DNA of 64,000 nt from Burkholderiales bacterium (GCA_044870335.1 JBIOYV010000111.1:61943-125942); one strand, 5' to 3'; shown: positions 18,227 to 28,926, counted from the stretch's first letter. The notes: generated from the letters alone by a model not told the origin. Numbers and translations are program-made.

Positions 18227-19138
18227 ATGGCAGACCGGCGCCTGCAGGTATTCCACGCGGTGGCGAAGCATCTTTCGTTCACCAAGGCCGCCGAGACGCT
18301 GTTCATGACCCAGCCCGCGGTTACCTTCCAGGTGAAACAGCTCGAGGAGCATCTGAACACGCGGCTTTTCGACCGCGCGCAGGGACGCATCGCGCTCACG
18401 CCCGCAGGCCAGATCGCGCTCGAGTACGCCGAGCGCATCCTCGGGCTGTCCGAGGAGCTCGACCGGCGGCTGAAGGAGATGAGCGGCCACGCGAGCGGGC
18501 CGCTCCTCATCGGCGCGAGCATGACGATCGGCGAATACGTGCTGCCGCAGCTCATCGGCAAGTTCAAGGCGCGCTTCCCGGCCGTGGTGCCGACGCTTTT
18601 CGTCGGCAACTCCGAGGCAGTCCAGGACCGCGTCGCCGAGCGCACGCTCGATCTGGGCTTCATCGAGGGCGACTCGCACCTGTCCTCGCTCAACAGCGAA
18701 GTGTGCTGCGAGGACGAGCTGCAGGTGGTCTGCGCGCCGTCGCATCCGCTGGCGGGAGAGTCCGTGGCGCTGCCGGCCGCGCTCGCGCAATATCCCTACA
18801 TCAACCGCGAGCCGGGCTCGGGCACGCGCGCGGTCATCGACCACTACCTGCAGAAGGCGGGCGTATCGCCGGACTCGTTGAACATCGTGGTCGAGCTTGG
18901 CAGCCCCGAGGCGATCAAGGGCCTGGTCGCGACCGGCATGGGCTTCGCGATCATGTCGCGCGTCATCGTCGCGAAGGAGCTGCAGCTCGGCCAGATCGTG
19001 CAGATCCCGCTGCGGCCGCGGCTGCTGCGCAATTTCTCGGTGGTCCACGCCAAGGAGCGGTTCCACTCCCGGCTGGTGGCGGGCTTCCTCGCTTTCGCGA
19101 GGGATCAGCTCGCCGCGGCGCAGCGCCTCGCCGCGTAG
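18227..19138 (+). CDS. LysR-family transcriptional regulator
   Basis: N-terminal HTH (LQVFHAVAKHLSFTKAAETLFMTQPAVTFQVKQLE) plus a substrate-binding domain. Confidence 0.88.
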   Translation: MADRRLQVFHAVAKHLSFTKAAETLFMTQPAVTFQVKQLEEHLNTRLFDRAQGRIALTPAGQIALEYAERILGLSEELDRRLKEMSGHASGPLLIGASMTIGEYVLPQLIGKFKARFPAVVPTLFVGNSEAVQDRVAERTLDLGFIEGDSHLSSLNSEVCCEDELQVVCAPSHPLAGESVALPAALAQYPYINREPGSGTRAVIDHYLQKAGVSPDSLNIVVELGSPEAIKGLVATGMGFAIMSRVIVAKELQLGQIVQIPLRPRLLRNFSVVHAKERFHSRLVAGFLAFARDQLAAAQRLAA

Positions 19139-19139
19139 C

Positions 19140-19529
19140 TCAGAAAAATAGTCCCGACGCCGCGGCCAGCAAAATGACCACTTGGGCGATGGCAAGGCCG
19201 CCCTGCAACCGATCGCCTGCGGCGATCAGCGTGGGCACGATGCGCGCGTAGCAAGCGATGGTGATCGATGCAAACACGCTGATGCCGAGGAAGTTCAGGT
19301 AGTCGCCTTTGCCGAGGAGCCGAAGCCAGTCCCAGCCCGTGGGCGCGCCGGCCGTCGCGACATAGTGGTCGACCGGAAGCGTCCACAGGCGCGCGAGCTC
19401 CTCCCGCGGCACGTGCGGGTCGAGCACCCCGAACACGTAAGCGGCGAAACCCACCAACAGCGCCGCGAGGCCGATGCGGGTGCCGATATCCAGCCAGCGG
19501 GCGTAGATCGTCTGTTCGATCGGGACCAT
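19140..19529 (-). CDS. DUF1634-like small membrane protein
   Basis: 129 aa with 3 TM helices. Lies 3 nt downstream of the TauE gene, a conserved pairing. Confidence 0.6.
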   Translation of the reverse strand: MVPIEQTIYARWLDIGTRIGLAALLVGFAAYVFGVLDPHVPREELARLWTLPVDHYVATAGAPTGWDWLRLLGKGDYLNFLGISVFASITIACYARIVPTLIAAGDRLQGGLAIAQVVILLAAASGLFF

Positions 19530-19532
19530 CGC

Positions 19533-20372
19533 TCAGATCCCGAAGCCCTTCAGCAGGGCGCGGCCGCCCGCGATCACCAGCACGGCGAGGACGATGCGCC
19601 GCACGACCGACGCAGATGACACGCGCAGCAGCCGAGCTCCGAGCTTCGCGCCGAGCATCACGCCGATGAGTGAAGGCACCACGAGCATGGGGAAGACCGC
19701 GCCGCGGTGGATGTAGACCCATGCCGCCGAGGTGTCGACGACCGACAGGAGCATTCCGGAGGTGCCCACCGAGAGCTTGAGCGGCGCGCCCATCAGCAGG
19801 TTGAACGCGGGCACGTTGGCCCAGCCGGCGCCCAGGCCGAACATGCCCGCCAGCAGGCCTATTCCTCCAAAAACAAACAGGGAAGCCGGCGTACGGTGCA
19901 CTTGCCAGCTCACGTCGCGGCCGAGCGCCGGATCGTGGTAGACGCCGTGCAGGCGCAGCGCCACGCCGAGCGCGTCGGGCCGCGGCACCTCGGGGTGGGC
20001 CGAGCGGCCGCCGCGCCACATGAGAAGCGCGATGCCGAGGATGGTGCAGCCGAGCGCAACCTGCACCGCGCCGGTCGGCAGGGCGAGGCCAACCAGCGCG
20101 CCGGCAATCGACGTGACCGAGCCCACGAGCGCGAGCGGCATGGCGAGCCGCAGGCTGGCGAGCCCGTTGCCGAGCAGGCTGGGCGCGGCGGAGAGCGCGC
20201 TCGTCATGGCGATGAGGAGCCCCGTCGCACGCACGAAATCGAGGTGGAACGGAAAAAACGCGCCGACGAGCGGCACGAACAGCACGCCGCCGCCGACGCC
20301 CGCGAGCACCGCGACGATGCCCATGGCGAACGTGATCGCGAAAAGCGCGATCGGCCAGAGCCACCACTCCAT
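19533..20372 (-). CDS. sulfite exporter TauE/SafE family protein (280 aa)
   Basis: Start MEWWLWPIALFAITFAMGIVAVLAGVGGGVL. The ATG at 20372 lies 2 nt after the sat stop. Confidence 0.8.
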   Translation of the reverse strand: MEWWLWPIALFAITFAMGIVAVLAGVGGGVLFVPLVGAFFPFHLDFVRATGLLIAMTSALSAAPSLLGNGLASLRLAMPLALVGSVTSIAGALVGLALPTGAVQVALGCTILGIALLMWRGGRSAHPEVPRPDALGVALRLHGVYHDPALGRDVSWQVHRTPASLFVFGGIGLLAGMFGLGAGWANVPAFNLLMGAPLKLSVGTSGMLLSVVDTSAAWVYIHRGAVFPMLVVPSLIGVMLGAKLGARLLRVSSASVVRRIVLAVLVIAGGRALLKGFGI

Positions 20373-20374
20373 CG

Positions 20375-21529
20375 CTAGGCGTAGTGCGCGCGGAGGACTT
20401 CGAGGACTTCCGGCCGGGAAAACTCCAGCGGCACCTCCGCGCGTTCTGCGAGCCACTTGCGCAGCTGCGTGCCGGACACCTGCAGCTGGTCCTTCGCGTC
20501 GTGCGGGCACGTGCGCCCGGAGGCCATGCCGTGGCAGCGGTAGCACCAAAAGGTCACGTCCATCTTGAGCGGCCGCGTCTCGAGCGCGCCGGGCGGAAGC
20601 TGATCGAAGATGCGCTGCGCATCGAACGGTCCGTAGTACTTGCCGACCCCGGCGTGGTCGCGCCCGACGATGAGGTGGGAGCAACCGTAGTTCTGCCGGA
20701 AGAGCGCGTGCAGCAGGGCTTCGCGCGGCCCGGCGTAGCGCATGTCGAGCGGGTAGCCCGCCTGGACCACCGTGCCGGGACGGAAGTACTTCTCGATCAG
20801 CACCGCGATGGCGCGGGTCCGCACCTCCGCCGGGATGTCGCCCGCCTTCAAGGCGCCGAGCAGCGAGTGCACCAGCACGCCGTCGCACACCTCGATCGCC
20901 GTCTTGACCAGATGCTCGTGCGCCCGCTGCATCGGGTTGCGGGTCTGGAAGGCGGCGACCCGGGTCCACCCGAGGCGCTCGAACTCGGCGCGGGTCTCGG
21001 CCGGCGTCATGAAGAGCGCGCCGTGCTTCGCCTTGAAGCCGCCGTCGGACAGCACCTTCACCGGGCCGGCGAGGTTCAGTTTCGGCTGCTGCATCACCAT
21101 CGCGACGCCCGGGTGTGCGCCGTCGTTGGTGCGGAAAACCGAGCTGCACTCGCGCGCCTTGTCGATCGTGTACTTCTCGCTCACTTTCATGGTGGCGAGC
21201 GGCGCGCCGCTCTGCGCGTCGCTCAGCGCGATCTCGTCGCCGGCCTTGATCGAGTCGTCATCGGTCGAAAGCGTGATCGGGATCGGCCAGAAAAGCCCCG
21301 CGGCGGTGCGATAGCTGTCGCAGACGCCTTCCCAGTCCGCCCGCGTCATGAAGCCCCCGAGCGGCGTGAAGCCGCCGATGCCGAGCATGACGAGATCGCC
21401 CTTTTCGCGCGAGCTGATGCGCAGCGACGGCAAGGTCCTCGCGCGCGCAAGCTCGGCGGCGAGCGCCTCCCCGGTCAGCGCGAGCGGCTTGAGACCGCCT
21501 CCACCATGGGGCGTAACGAGACCAGCCAA
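20375..21529 (-). CDS. sat: sulfate adenylyltransferase (ATP sulfurylase)
   Basis: Motifs QTRNPMHRAHE, GRDHAG and HGG. TTG start at 21529 is preceded by GAGGAG. The longer ORF has an Arg-rich N-terminal extension. Confidence 0.88.
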   Translation of the reverse strand: MAGLVTPHGGGGLKPLALTGEALAAELARARTLPSLRISSREKGDLVMLGIGGFTPLGGFMTRADWEGVCDSYRTAAGLFWPIPITLSTDDDSIKAGDEIALSDAQSGAPLATMKVSEKYTIDKARECSSVFRTNDGAHPGVAMVMQQPKLNLAGPVKVLSDGGFKAKHGALFMTPAETRAEFERLGWTRVAAFQTRNPMQRAHEHLVKTAIEVCDGVLVHSLLGALKAGDIPAEVRTRAIAVLIEKYFRPGTVVQAGYPLDMRYAGPREALLHALFRQNYGCSHLIVGRDHAGVGKYYGPFDAQRIFDQLPPGALETRPLKMDVTFWCYRCHGMASGRTCPHDAKDQLQVSGTQLRKWLAERAEVPLEFSRPEVLEVLRAHYA

Positions 21530-21567
21530 AAGCTCCTCCTCGCCTATTCTCGTAAGGCGCCGCTGCG

Positions 21568-22477
21568 TCAGGCAACTGCGATCTTCTGATCCGCCGATAA
21601 GAAGCTTTGATTCTGCGCAGAAATTCCCATGATGCGCTTCATCCGCTGCAGCACCTCCGGCGACGGCACCTGCGGCGGCGTGTCGGATCCCGACAAGAAG
21701 AATAGCAGCGCGAAGTTGTCGGCCAGGATTTCTTCGGGGTGCATGGTGTACTCGGTGTTCCGGCCGATCTGCTCGTAAAGCCCTTCCAGCTGCTCCGGCC
21801 GGAGGCTTTGAGAGCCGGGCGCAACAACCCAACCCTCGCCGCTGCGCTGCACGGGCAGCCACGAGACGCTGAGAAGCGCTATGAAGCCAGCGCGCGGGTC
21901 GAATTCGCGCGCGGGCAGATGGACGAAGGGTAGGGCTTCCGTTAGCCGATCGCCGACTCGCACCTGGACAGCATGCCGGCTTTCGACCGCGTCCGGATTC
22001 GTGATGCGCAATCCGCGGAGTGGCTCGGTCATCTCCACCCGCGCGCAAGGTCGGAATCCGATCGCCGCGTAAAGCTCTTCGCGCAGCGCCGCATCGGCGC
22101 GGCTCAGCACGTGGAATAGCTCGTGCGCAAGGAGGTAAGCGAGATTTCCCGGCCCACGGCTCAGCTCGCCTTCGGGCAGGACGATGGCGTTTGCGCGTGT
22201 GTGAGGCGATCCCTCCAGGAGCTCATCGGAGGCTTTCACGATGAGGATCGGGGCGGGCCGGCGCCACTTCGTGCCCGACACGAACCGCTCGAGCCGCGGT
22301 TCGCAGCGTTGCCGAACGCTCGAGCTCGCCCGTGGCGCGCACATAGTCATCGCGCGCCCCGAGCACGGCACGGGCCTGCTCGCGGTCCGCGAACACGAAC
22401 GCGGCGCCGTTCTGCTGAGCATTCGCAGATAGCGGCAACCCTAGCGCCAGCAGGAAGCCGATGAGCCTCAGGCGGAC
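21568..22477 (-). pseudogene. secreted HEXXH zinc-metallopeptidase-like protein, apparently frameshifted
   Basis: Signal peptide and a plausible N-terminal region are in ORF 22223..22528. The HEXXH (LAHELFHV) domain continues in ORF 21568..22422 in a different frame. The junction is at about 22262-22276 near G/C runs. Confidence 0.4.
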
Positions 22478-24318
22478 ACCGCGTCGATCACGTCGTCGCC
22501 CAGGAATCCGCCGGACTGATGACGCCATAGCTTCTCGTAATGCCCGCCCAGGGCGAGCAGCTCCGCGTGCGTGCCTTGCTCGACGATGCGCCCGGCCTCG
22601 AGCACGATGAGACGGTCCATGCGCGCGATGGTGGATAGGCGGTGCGCGATCGCGATCACGGTCTTGCCCTCCATCAGGTCGAGGAGCTGCTCCTGGATCG
22701 CGAGCTCGACCTCGCTGTCGAGCGCGGAGGTGGCCTCGTCGAGCACCAGGATCGGGGCGTCCTTGAGGATGACGCGGGCGAGCGCGACGCGCTGGCGCTG
22801 ACCGCCCGAAAGCTTCACGCCGCGCTCGCCGACGTGCGCGGCGTAGCCGGTGCGCCCGTTCCAGTCGCGCAGGCCCAGGATGAAATCATGCGCCTGCGCC
22901 TTCTGCGCCGCGGCGAGGACCTGCGCGTCGGTGGCGCTGGGCCGCCCGTAACGGATGTTCGCCGCGATCGAGCGGTGCAGGAGCGAGGTGTCCTGGGTCA
23001 CCATGCCGATCGCCGCGCGCAGGCTTTCCTGCGAAACGCCGGCGATGTCCTGGTCGTCGATCAGGATCCTTCCGGATTCGAGCTCGTGGAAGCGCAGCAG
23101 CAGGTTGACGAGGGTGGACTTGCCCGCGCCGGATCGACCGACCAGCCCCACGCGCTGTCCGGGTTTGATGTTGAGATGAAGATGACTTACGACGGGGGCG
23201 ACGTCCTTGCGGCCGTAGCCGAAGGTGACGTTGTCGAACACGATTTCGCCGCGCGACACTTCGAGCGGCTGCGCGCTGGCGCGGTCGGTCCCGGAGTGCG
23301 GCACCGCGATCGACTGCATGCCCTCCTGCACCACGCCGACGTTCTCGAAGATGGCGGTCACTTCCCAGCTCACCCAGCCGGCCGCGTTCGCCGTCTGCCA
23401 TGCGAGCGGCAGCGCGGTGGCCACGATGCCGGCGCTTACGCTCCCGTGCGCCCACAGGTACACGCCGATCGCCGCGGTGCAGACGAGGAGCGCGGCGTTC
23501 AGCGCCGTGAGCCCGATCTGGAAGCGCGTGATGACGCCCATGTGCGCTTTCATCGCCTTCTGGTGCACGTCGACCGATTCGCGCACGTACGCGTCCTCGT
23601 CGGCGAGGCGCGCGAAGAGCTTCACCGTCTGGATGTTGGTATAGCTGTCGACCACCCGCGCCATGACGAGCGAGCGCCGCTCCGAGCTTTCGCGCGCCAG
23701 CTCGCGCAGCTTGGGTACGAAGTGGCGCAGGAACAGGACGTAGCCCGCGAACCAGAGCAGCGTCGGCACGCCGAGGCGCCAGTCGGCCAGCGTCATGAGC
23801 GCGAAGGCGGTCACGCCGTAGACGGCGATGTACCAGACCGCGCGGATGCTCGCCATCGTGCTCTCGCGCAGCGCGTTCGCGGTCTGCATCACGCGGTTGG
23901 CGATGCGCCCGGCGAAGTCGTTCTGGAAGAAAGGCCAGCTCTGGCGCACCACGTGCCAGTGGCTCTGCCAGCGGATCAGGCTCGTCGCCCCGGGGATGAG
24001 CGCGTTGTGCCGGATCGCGATGTCGACGAGAATGGCGAGCGGACGCACGAAGAGCACCAGCGCCACCATGCCCACGAGCATCGGCCACTGCGCGGCGACG
24101 GCCGCCTGCCGGTCGGCCGTTTCCATGAGCGAGACGAGGCGCCCGATGAAGAGCGGGATCACCGTGTCGAGGAGCGCCACCGCGAGGCTGGCGGCGAACA
24201 TGGCCGCGTACCAGCCCTTGGTCTGCCGCACGAAGTGCCAATAGAACGCGATGAGCCCCTGCGGCGGCTGCCCCTGGCCGGGACTCGCCGTCCCGCGGAT
24301 TCCGTGGAAGAGTTTCAA
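22468..24318 (-). CDS. ABC exporter with fused permease and ATPase (MsbA-like). Start uncertain.
   Basis: Six TM helices followed by Walker A GRSGAGKST, the signature LSGGQRQR and Walker B ILVLDEAT. The upstream extension to 24450 is probably spurious. Confidence 0.85.
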   Translation of the reverse strand: MKLFHGIRGTASPGQGQPPQGLIAFYWHFVRQTKGWYAAMFAASLAVALLDTVIPLFIGRLVSLMETADRQAAVAAQWPMLVGMVALVLFVRPLAILVDIAIRHNALIPGATSLIRWQSHWHVVRQSWPFFQNDFAGRIANRVMQTANALRESTMASIRAVWYIAVYGVTAFALMTLADWRLGVPTLLWFAGYVLFLRHFVPKLRELARESSERRSLVMARVVDSYTNIQTVKLFARLADEDAYVRESVDVHQKAMKAHMGVITRFQIGLTALNAALLVCTAAIGVYLWAHGSVSAGIVATALPLAWQTANAAGWVSWEVTAIFENVGVVQEGMQSIAVPHSGTDRASAQPLEVSRGEIVFDNVTFGYGRKDVAPVVSHLHLNIKPGQRVGLVGRSGAGKSTLVNLLLRFHELESGRILIDDQDIAGVSQESLRAAIGMVTQDTSLLHRSIAANIRYGRPSATDAQVLAAAQKAQAHDFILGLRDWNGRTGYAAHVGERGVKLSGGQRQRVALARVILKDAPILVLDEATSALDSEVELAIQEQLLDLMEGKTVIAIAHRLSTIARMDRLIVLEAGRIVEQGTHAELLALGGHYEKLWRHQSGGFLGDDVIDAVSA

Positions 24319-24489
24319 GACTTTCTTTCTTGCCCTGCGGCTCTCGTTTCGTTGTAACGATCCGGCCGCGCTTATCGTTGACGCTTGAAGATACCAGATC
24401 GCATCCGGCCGCAGCGCGGGAATCGTTGCAGGATGTGACCGTTTACCCAATATTGGACTGCAGTTTGGAGATTACCCACCGGAGGAGCG

Positions 24490-25371
24490 ATGAACGCTGT
24501 CACCCAATTCGAGCTCGACCAGCAGGTCTATGATCTCTACGACGAGTACTGCCATGGCCGGATCGACCGGCGCGAATTCCTCAGGCGCGCCGGCGCGCTG
24601 GGCGCGGGCGCGCTGGCGATGGCCTACGGCCTCATGCCCGACTACGCGCGCGCGCAGACGATTTCATTCACCGATTCGCGCATCAAGGCGCAGTACGTGA
24701 GCTACGCGTCGCCGGGCGGCAACGGCGAAAAGATGCGCGGCTACCTCGTGCAGCCGGCCGGACAGGGGCCGTGGCCGGCGGTGCTCGTGATCCACGAGAA
24801 CCGCGGCCTCAATCCCTACGTCGAGGACGTGGCGCGCCGCGCCGCGGTGGCGGGCTTCGTCGCGCTCGCGCCCGACGGCCTTACGCCGGCGGGCGGCTAT
24901 CCGGGCAACGACGACGAGGGCCGTGAGCTGCAGGCGAAGCTCGACCAGCCGAAGCTGCGCACGGACATGCTGAACGGCGCGAAGTTTCTCAAGGCCCACA
25001 GGCTCTCGAACGGCAAGCTCGGCGCGACCGGCTTCTGCTGGGGCGGCGGCACCACGAACTACCTCGCCGTGGCGATGGGCGCGGACCTGCAGGCCGCGGC
25101 GCCCTTCTACGGCGCGGCGGCGGAGACCGCCTCGGTCGGCAAGATCAAGGCGCCGATCCTCGCCCATCTGGCCGAGAACGATCCGAGGATCAACGAGATG
25201 TACCCCGCCTACGAGGATGCGCTCAAGAAGGCCGGCGCGCGCTACGAGATCCAGATGTACCCGGGGACGCAGCACGGCTTCCACAACAACTCCACCCCGC
25301 GCTACAACGAAGCGGCGGCGAAGCTGGCGTGGGACCGCACCCTCGCCCACTTCAAGAAGTACTTGGTGTAG
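24490..25371 (+). CDS. dienelactone hydrolase family protein with Tat signal
   Basis: Signal RREFLRRAGALGAGALA. DLH motifs (GFCWGG, HGF). Confidence 0.85.
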   Translation: MNAVTQFELDQQVYDLYDEYCHGRIDRREFLRRAGALGAGALAMAYGLMPDYARAQTISFTDSRIKAQYVSYASPGGNGEKMRGYLVQPAGQGPWPAVLVIHENRGLNPYVEDVARRAAVAGFVALAPDGLTPAGGYPGNDDEGRELQAKLDQPKLRTDMLNGAKFLKAHRLSNGKLGATGFCWGGGTTNYLAVAMGADLQAAAPFYGAAAETASVGKIKAPILAHLAENDPRINEMYPAYEDALKKAGARYEIQMYPGTQHGFHNNSTPRYNEAAAKLAWDRTLAHFKKYLV

Positions 25372-25375
25372 CGCT

Positions 25376-26428
25376 TCAGGCGATCAGCGAAGGCGAGGGC
25401 CGCAGCTCGCCGCGCTCGATGCGCGTCACGATGTCGGCGAGCCTGGCATGGCTCGGCGCCGGCACGCCGGCTTCGACGCCCTTGCGAGCGATGTAGCCGT
25501 TCATGGCGTCGATCTCGGTGCGCCGGCCCTTCAGGATGTCCTGCGCCATCGACGGGCGCTGGATGTCGGCGCGCGGGTTCGAGCCGGCCTTGGGAACGAT
25601 GAGCGCTTCCACTTCGGAAAGCGCCCGCGCATCGCCTTCGGCGGCTCGCGCCATGGTTTCGGGCTCGACGCCGCGGATCTTCTCGAGCTGGTAGCCGAGC
25701 GCCTGGCCGACCCGCACGGCTTCGCCGGCGAGGCGGATCTGGAAGCGCCGGATCGCATCGTTGCGCAGGCAGTCGCCCGAGGTGAGCCCCGTGGCTCCCG
25801 TTACGGGGTTGCCCATCGCGTTCTGCACCAGCTTCGACCAGCGCTCGCCCCACAGGTTGGTGGTCGCTTTCGAGCTATCGATCGCCCCAAACCATTCAAC
25901 GAGCATCTCGACCCTCGGCGTGACCCGCCCGTGCGGCTCGCCGATGCGGAAGACCGTGTGCTGGTTGCCGCCTTTTGCGACCGTCCTTCGGATGCGGCCC
26001 GCCTCGTACAGGTCCACCGAGATGAGCGATGCGACGACCCCTACCGTACGCCCCCAGCCGACCACCGCCGCGATCGTTTCTTCGTTCAGGCAGTTCTGGA
26101 GCGACACGGCGAAGCCCTGCTCCGAGAGGTAGGGCGAGATGAGCGCCGTCGCCCAGCGGGTGTCGTAGGACTTGACCGAAATCATCGCGACGTCGACCGG
26201 ATTTCGCGCCAGGGCCTGCACTTGCGTCAGGTGCAGGGTCTTGGCCTTCCTGACGACGAATTTCTCCTCCGGGGTGACGCCATCGAGCTCCAGGCCGCGC
26301 GCCCGGATGGTCTCGACATGCTCGGGCCACGCATCGATGAGCGTGACGTCGTGTCCGAGATGCGCCAGCGTGCCGCCGACATAGCCTCCCAGCGCACCCG
26401 CCCCGACGACTGCAATTCGTTTTGTCAT
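25376..26428 (-). CDS. 2-dehydropantoate 2-reductase (PanE/ApbA) family oxidoreductase
   Basis: N-terminal IAVVGAGALGG Rossmann motif. ApbA C-terminal domain. Confidence 0.85.
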   Translation of the reverse strand: MTKRIAVVGAGALGGYVGGTLAHLGHDVTLIDAWPEHVETIRARGLELDGVTPEEKFVVRKAKTLHLTQVQALARNPVDVAMISVKSYDTRWATALISPYLSEQGFAVSLQNCLNEETIAAVVGWGRTVGVVASLISVDLYEAGRIRRTVAKGGNQHTVFRIGEPHGRVTPRVEMLVEWFGAIDSSKATTNLWGERWSKLVQNAMGNPVTGATGLTSGDCLRNDAIRRFQIRLAGEAVRVGQALGYQLEKIRGVEPETMARAAEGDARALSEVEALIVPKAGSNPRADIQRPSMAQDILKGRRTEIDAMNGYIARKGVEAGVPAPSHARLADIVTRIERGELRPSPSLIA

Positions 26429-26438
26429 AGACTAGCGC

Positions 26439-27275
26439 ATGATAATCGAGCCGCTGGCCGGCGCGCTGGGAGCCGAGGTCCGCGGCGTCGCGTTGGCGAC
26501 CTTGCAAGACGATACCGCCTGGCAGGCGATCCAGCGTGCGTTCCTGCGCTACTCGGTGCTGGTGTTTCGCGACCAGGGGCTAGAGCCTGCCGACCTGATG
26601 CGAGTGGGCAGACGCTTCGGCGAACCCTGCTTCTATCCATTCGTCACCGGGCTGGACGGCTACCCGTACATCTTCGAGGTGGTGAAGGAAGAGCAAGAGA
26701 CCACGAATTTTGGCGGCAACTGGCATTCCGACACCACGTACCTCGCGCAGCCGCCGCTCGCTACGCTTCTCCAGGCGATCGAGACACCCGCGCACGGGGG
26801 CGACACGCTATTTGCCAGCACGCATGCGGCGTACGACGCGCTCTCCGAGGGCATGCGGAGCCTTCTGGGCAACCTGGTCGGCGTGAATAGTGCGAGCCTC
26901 AAGCGCGGCGGCGGCCGCCGCAAGATGCACAGCACCATCGGCGGCATGAAGGTCCACGACACGGAGAACGCCGACCAGTACGAAGCCGAGCATCCCGCGG
27001 TGCGCACGCATCCCGACACAGGACGCAAGGCGCTGTACGTGAGCCGAAGCCACACGATCCGCTTCAAGGACATGAGCGAGGACGAGAGCCGCCCGCTCAT
27101 CGACTTCCTGCAGGCGCACCAGACCCGGCCCGAGTTCACCTGCCGCGTGCGCTGGGCCCCGGGGACGCTGACCGTCTGGGACAACCGCTGCACGCAACAT
27201 AACGCCGTCAACGACTACCACGGCCAGCGCCGCCGCATGCGGCGCCTCACCGTGGGCGCGCAAACGCCCCGTTAA
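26439..27275 (+). CDS. tauD: TauD/TfdA-family Fe(II)/2-oxoglutarate dioxygenase (taurine-dioxygenase-like)
   Basis: Motifs HSDTTY...H...R typical of TauD. Start lies 10 bp from the divergent PanE-family start. Confidence 0.85.
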   Translation: MIIEPLAGALGAEVRGVALATLQDDTAWQAIQRAFLRYSVLVFRDQGLEPADLMRVGRRFGEPCFYPFVTGLDGYPYIFEVVKEEQETTNFGGNWHSDTTYLAQPPLATLLQAIETPAHGGDTLFASTHAAYDALSEGMRSLLGNLVGVNSASLKRGGGRRKMHSTIGGMKVHDTENADQYEAEHPAVRTHPDTGRKALYVSRSHTIRFKDMSEDESRPLIDFLQAHQTRPEFTCRVRWAPGTLTVWDNRCTQHNAVNDYHGQRRRMRRLTVGAQTPR

Positions 27276-27327
27276 CCCTTTTTGGCTTCGGCCTGCGTTC
27301 AATGGTGGAACTTAATGGGAGACCACC

Positions 27328-28926
27328 ATGCCGCGCCACCTCCGCACCGGAATCATCGCCTTCGCCGTTTTCGCCGCCTTTGCCGGCCCGCTGGCGGCCC
27401 AGGAGTCAGGAAGGATCAGCCGGGTCACGCTGTACCCGGGGAGCGCGACCGTCGAGCGTTCCGCCCGCGTCGCCGTGGGCACGAGCACGCTCAAGATGGC
27501 CGGCCTACCGGCCAACTTCGATGTGCGCACCCTGCGGGTGGAGGCCGACCCCGGTATCCAGGTCGGCGAGGTAGCGGTGCAGGACCTGGGTCGCGCCGAG
27601 GCGGTCAGCAGGCGGGAAGCTGACCTCGAGGCCAAGATTCAGGCGCTGAAGGATGAGAAGGCGGCGCTCGAGGTCGAAGTGAAGACGGCCGAGCTGGTGC
27701 GGGACTATCTCAAGGCCCTCAGCAAGCAGCCCGGCGTCGAAGGCGACAAGGCACACCCGATCGCCTTCGACCCGAAAACGATCCCGGCGGTCATCGAGGC
27801 TATCCGCCACGGCGGTGGCGACGCATACGGCCAGATCCAGCGCACCGAGATCAAGAAGCGAGCCCTCGACAAGCAGGTCGCCGCTCTCGAGCGCGATCTG
27901 GCCAGGGTGCGCACCGGCGCTCGCGACGCGCGCACGCTCACCGTCGGCTATTCGGCCTCGCGCGCCGGCGAGCTGCGTGCGGTCTATCAGGTAGGGGACG
28001 CGGGCTGGAAGCCCGTTTACCGAGCGGCACTCGATTCTTCGGCTTCGCGCGTCGAGCTCGAGCGCCAGGCCATGGTCATGCAGCGCACCGGCGAAGATTG
28101 GCGCGGCGTGACGCTGCGCCTCTCCACCGGCCAGCCGCGCCCGGCGCAAGTCCCGGATCCGTCCACTTGGCAGCTCGTGATCCGGCCTCCGGTCCTTGCG
28201 GATCATCTGTACCAGAATGGCGTATTCGCGCAGGCGCCCGCCGAGTCGCGCGTCCGCGCCGAGAAGTCGGTTGAGCGGCCGGCACCGGTCGTGACCACGT
28301 TCGAGACCCAGTACGCGACCGAATTCGCGGTGCCGGGACAGGTCGATCTCCCTGCCGACGGCCGCGAGGTGAACGTCTCGCTCGCGAAGCAATCGATCGC
28401 AGTCAAGCAGCGCATCCGGGTCATGCCGCGGCAAGACACCGCCGCGATGGTCACCGCCGAGGCCGAGCTTCCCGAAGGCGTGTGGATCCCCGGCAACGCG
28501 CAGCTCTACCGCGACGGCAGCTATATCGGCTCCACTTTCTGGAACGCGCAAGCGAAGGAAAAGCTCGTCCTTCCCTTCGGCCGCGACGACCGCGTGCAGG
28601 TCACGGTGAACCGGACCAAGAACCGCACCGGCGCGGCGGGCCTGCTGGGCGCGCGCTCCGAGCGCCAGATCGCCGACCTCTATACCGTCACGAGCCGCCA
28701 CAAGGTCCCGGTGGAGCTCCTCCTGCTGGAGCCGTCACCGGTGGCCGTGTCGGACCAGATCAACGTCGACGCCGCATTCGAACCCAAGCCAAAGGTCAAA
28801 GACTGGGAGGAGAAGCGCGGGGTAGTCGCCTGGGATCAGTCGCTCGCGCCCGGCGAGACGCTCAAGTTCGTCGCCGACTACACCATCCGCTATCCCAAGG
28901 AGTCCGTAGTAATCGGACTGCCCTAA
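27328..28926 (+). CDS. DUF4139-domain protein (mucoidy inhibitor MuiA family), secreted
   Basis: Signal peptide, central coiled-coil region, C-terminal DUF4139-like beta-rich domain. Confidence 0.75.
   Translation: MPRHLRTGIIAFAVFAAFAGPLAAQESGRISRVTLYPGSATVERSARVAVGTSTLKMAGLPANFDVRTLRVEADPGIQVGEVAVQDLGRAEAVSRREADLEAKIQALKDEKAALEVEVKTAELVRDYLKALSKQPGVEGDKAHPIAFDPKTIPAVIEAIRHGGGDAYGQIQRTEIKKRALDKQVAALERDLARVRTGARDARTLTVGYSASRAGELRAVYQVGDAGWKPVYRAALDSSASRVELERQAMVMQRTGEDWRGVTLRLSTGQPRPAQVPDPSTWQLVIRPPVLADHLYQNGVFAQAPAESRVRAEKSVERPAPVVTTFETQYATEFAVPGQVDLPADGREVNVSLAKQSIAVKQRIRVMPRQDTAAMVTAEAELPEGVWIPGNAQLYRDGSYIGSTFWNAQAKEKLVLPFGRDDRVQVTVNRTKNRTGAAGLLGARSERQIADLYTVTSRHKVPVELLLLEPSPVAVSDQINVDAAFEPKPKVKDWEEKRGVVAWDQSLAPGETLKFVADYTIRYPKESVVIGLP

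Noticed and set aside
20384-21589. 401-aa plus-strand ORF
   Set aside because: Antisense to sat. The translation is dominated by Arg, Gly and Ala, with no motifs.
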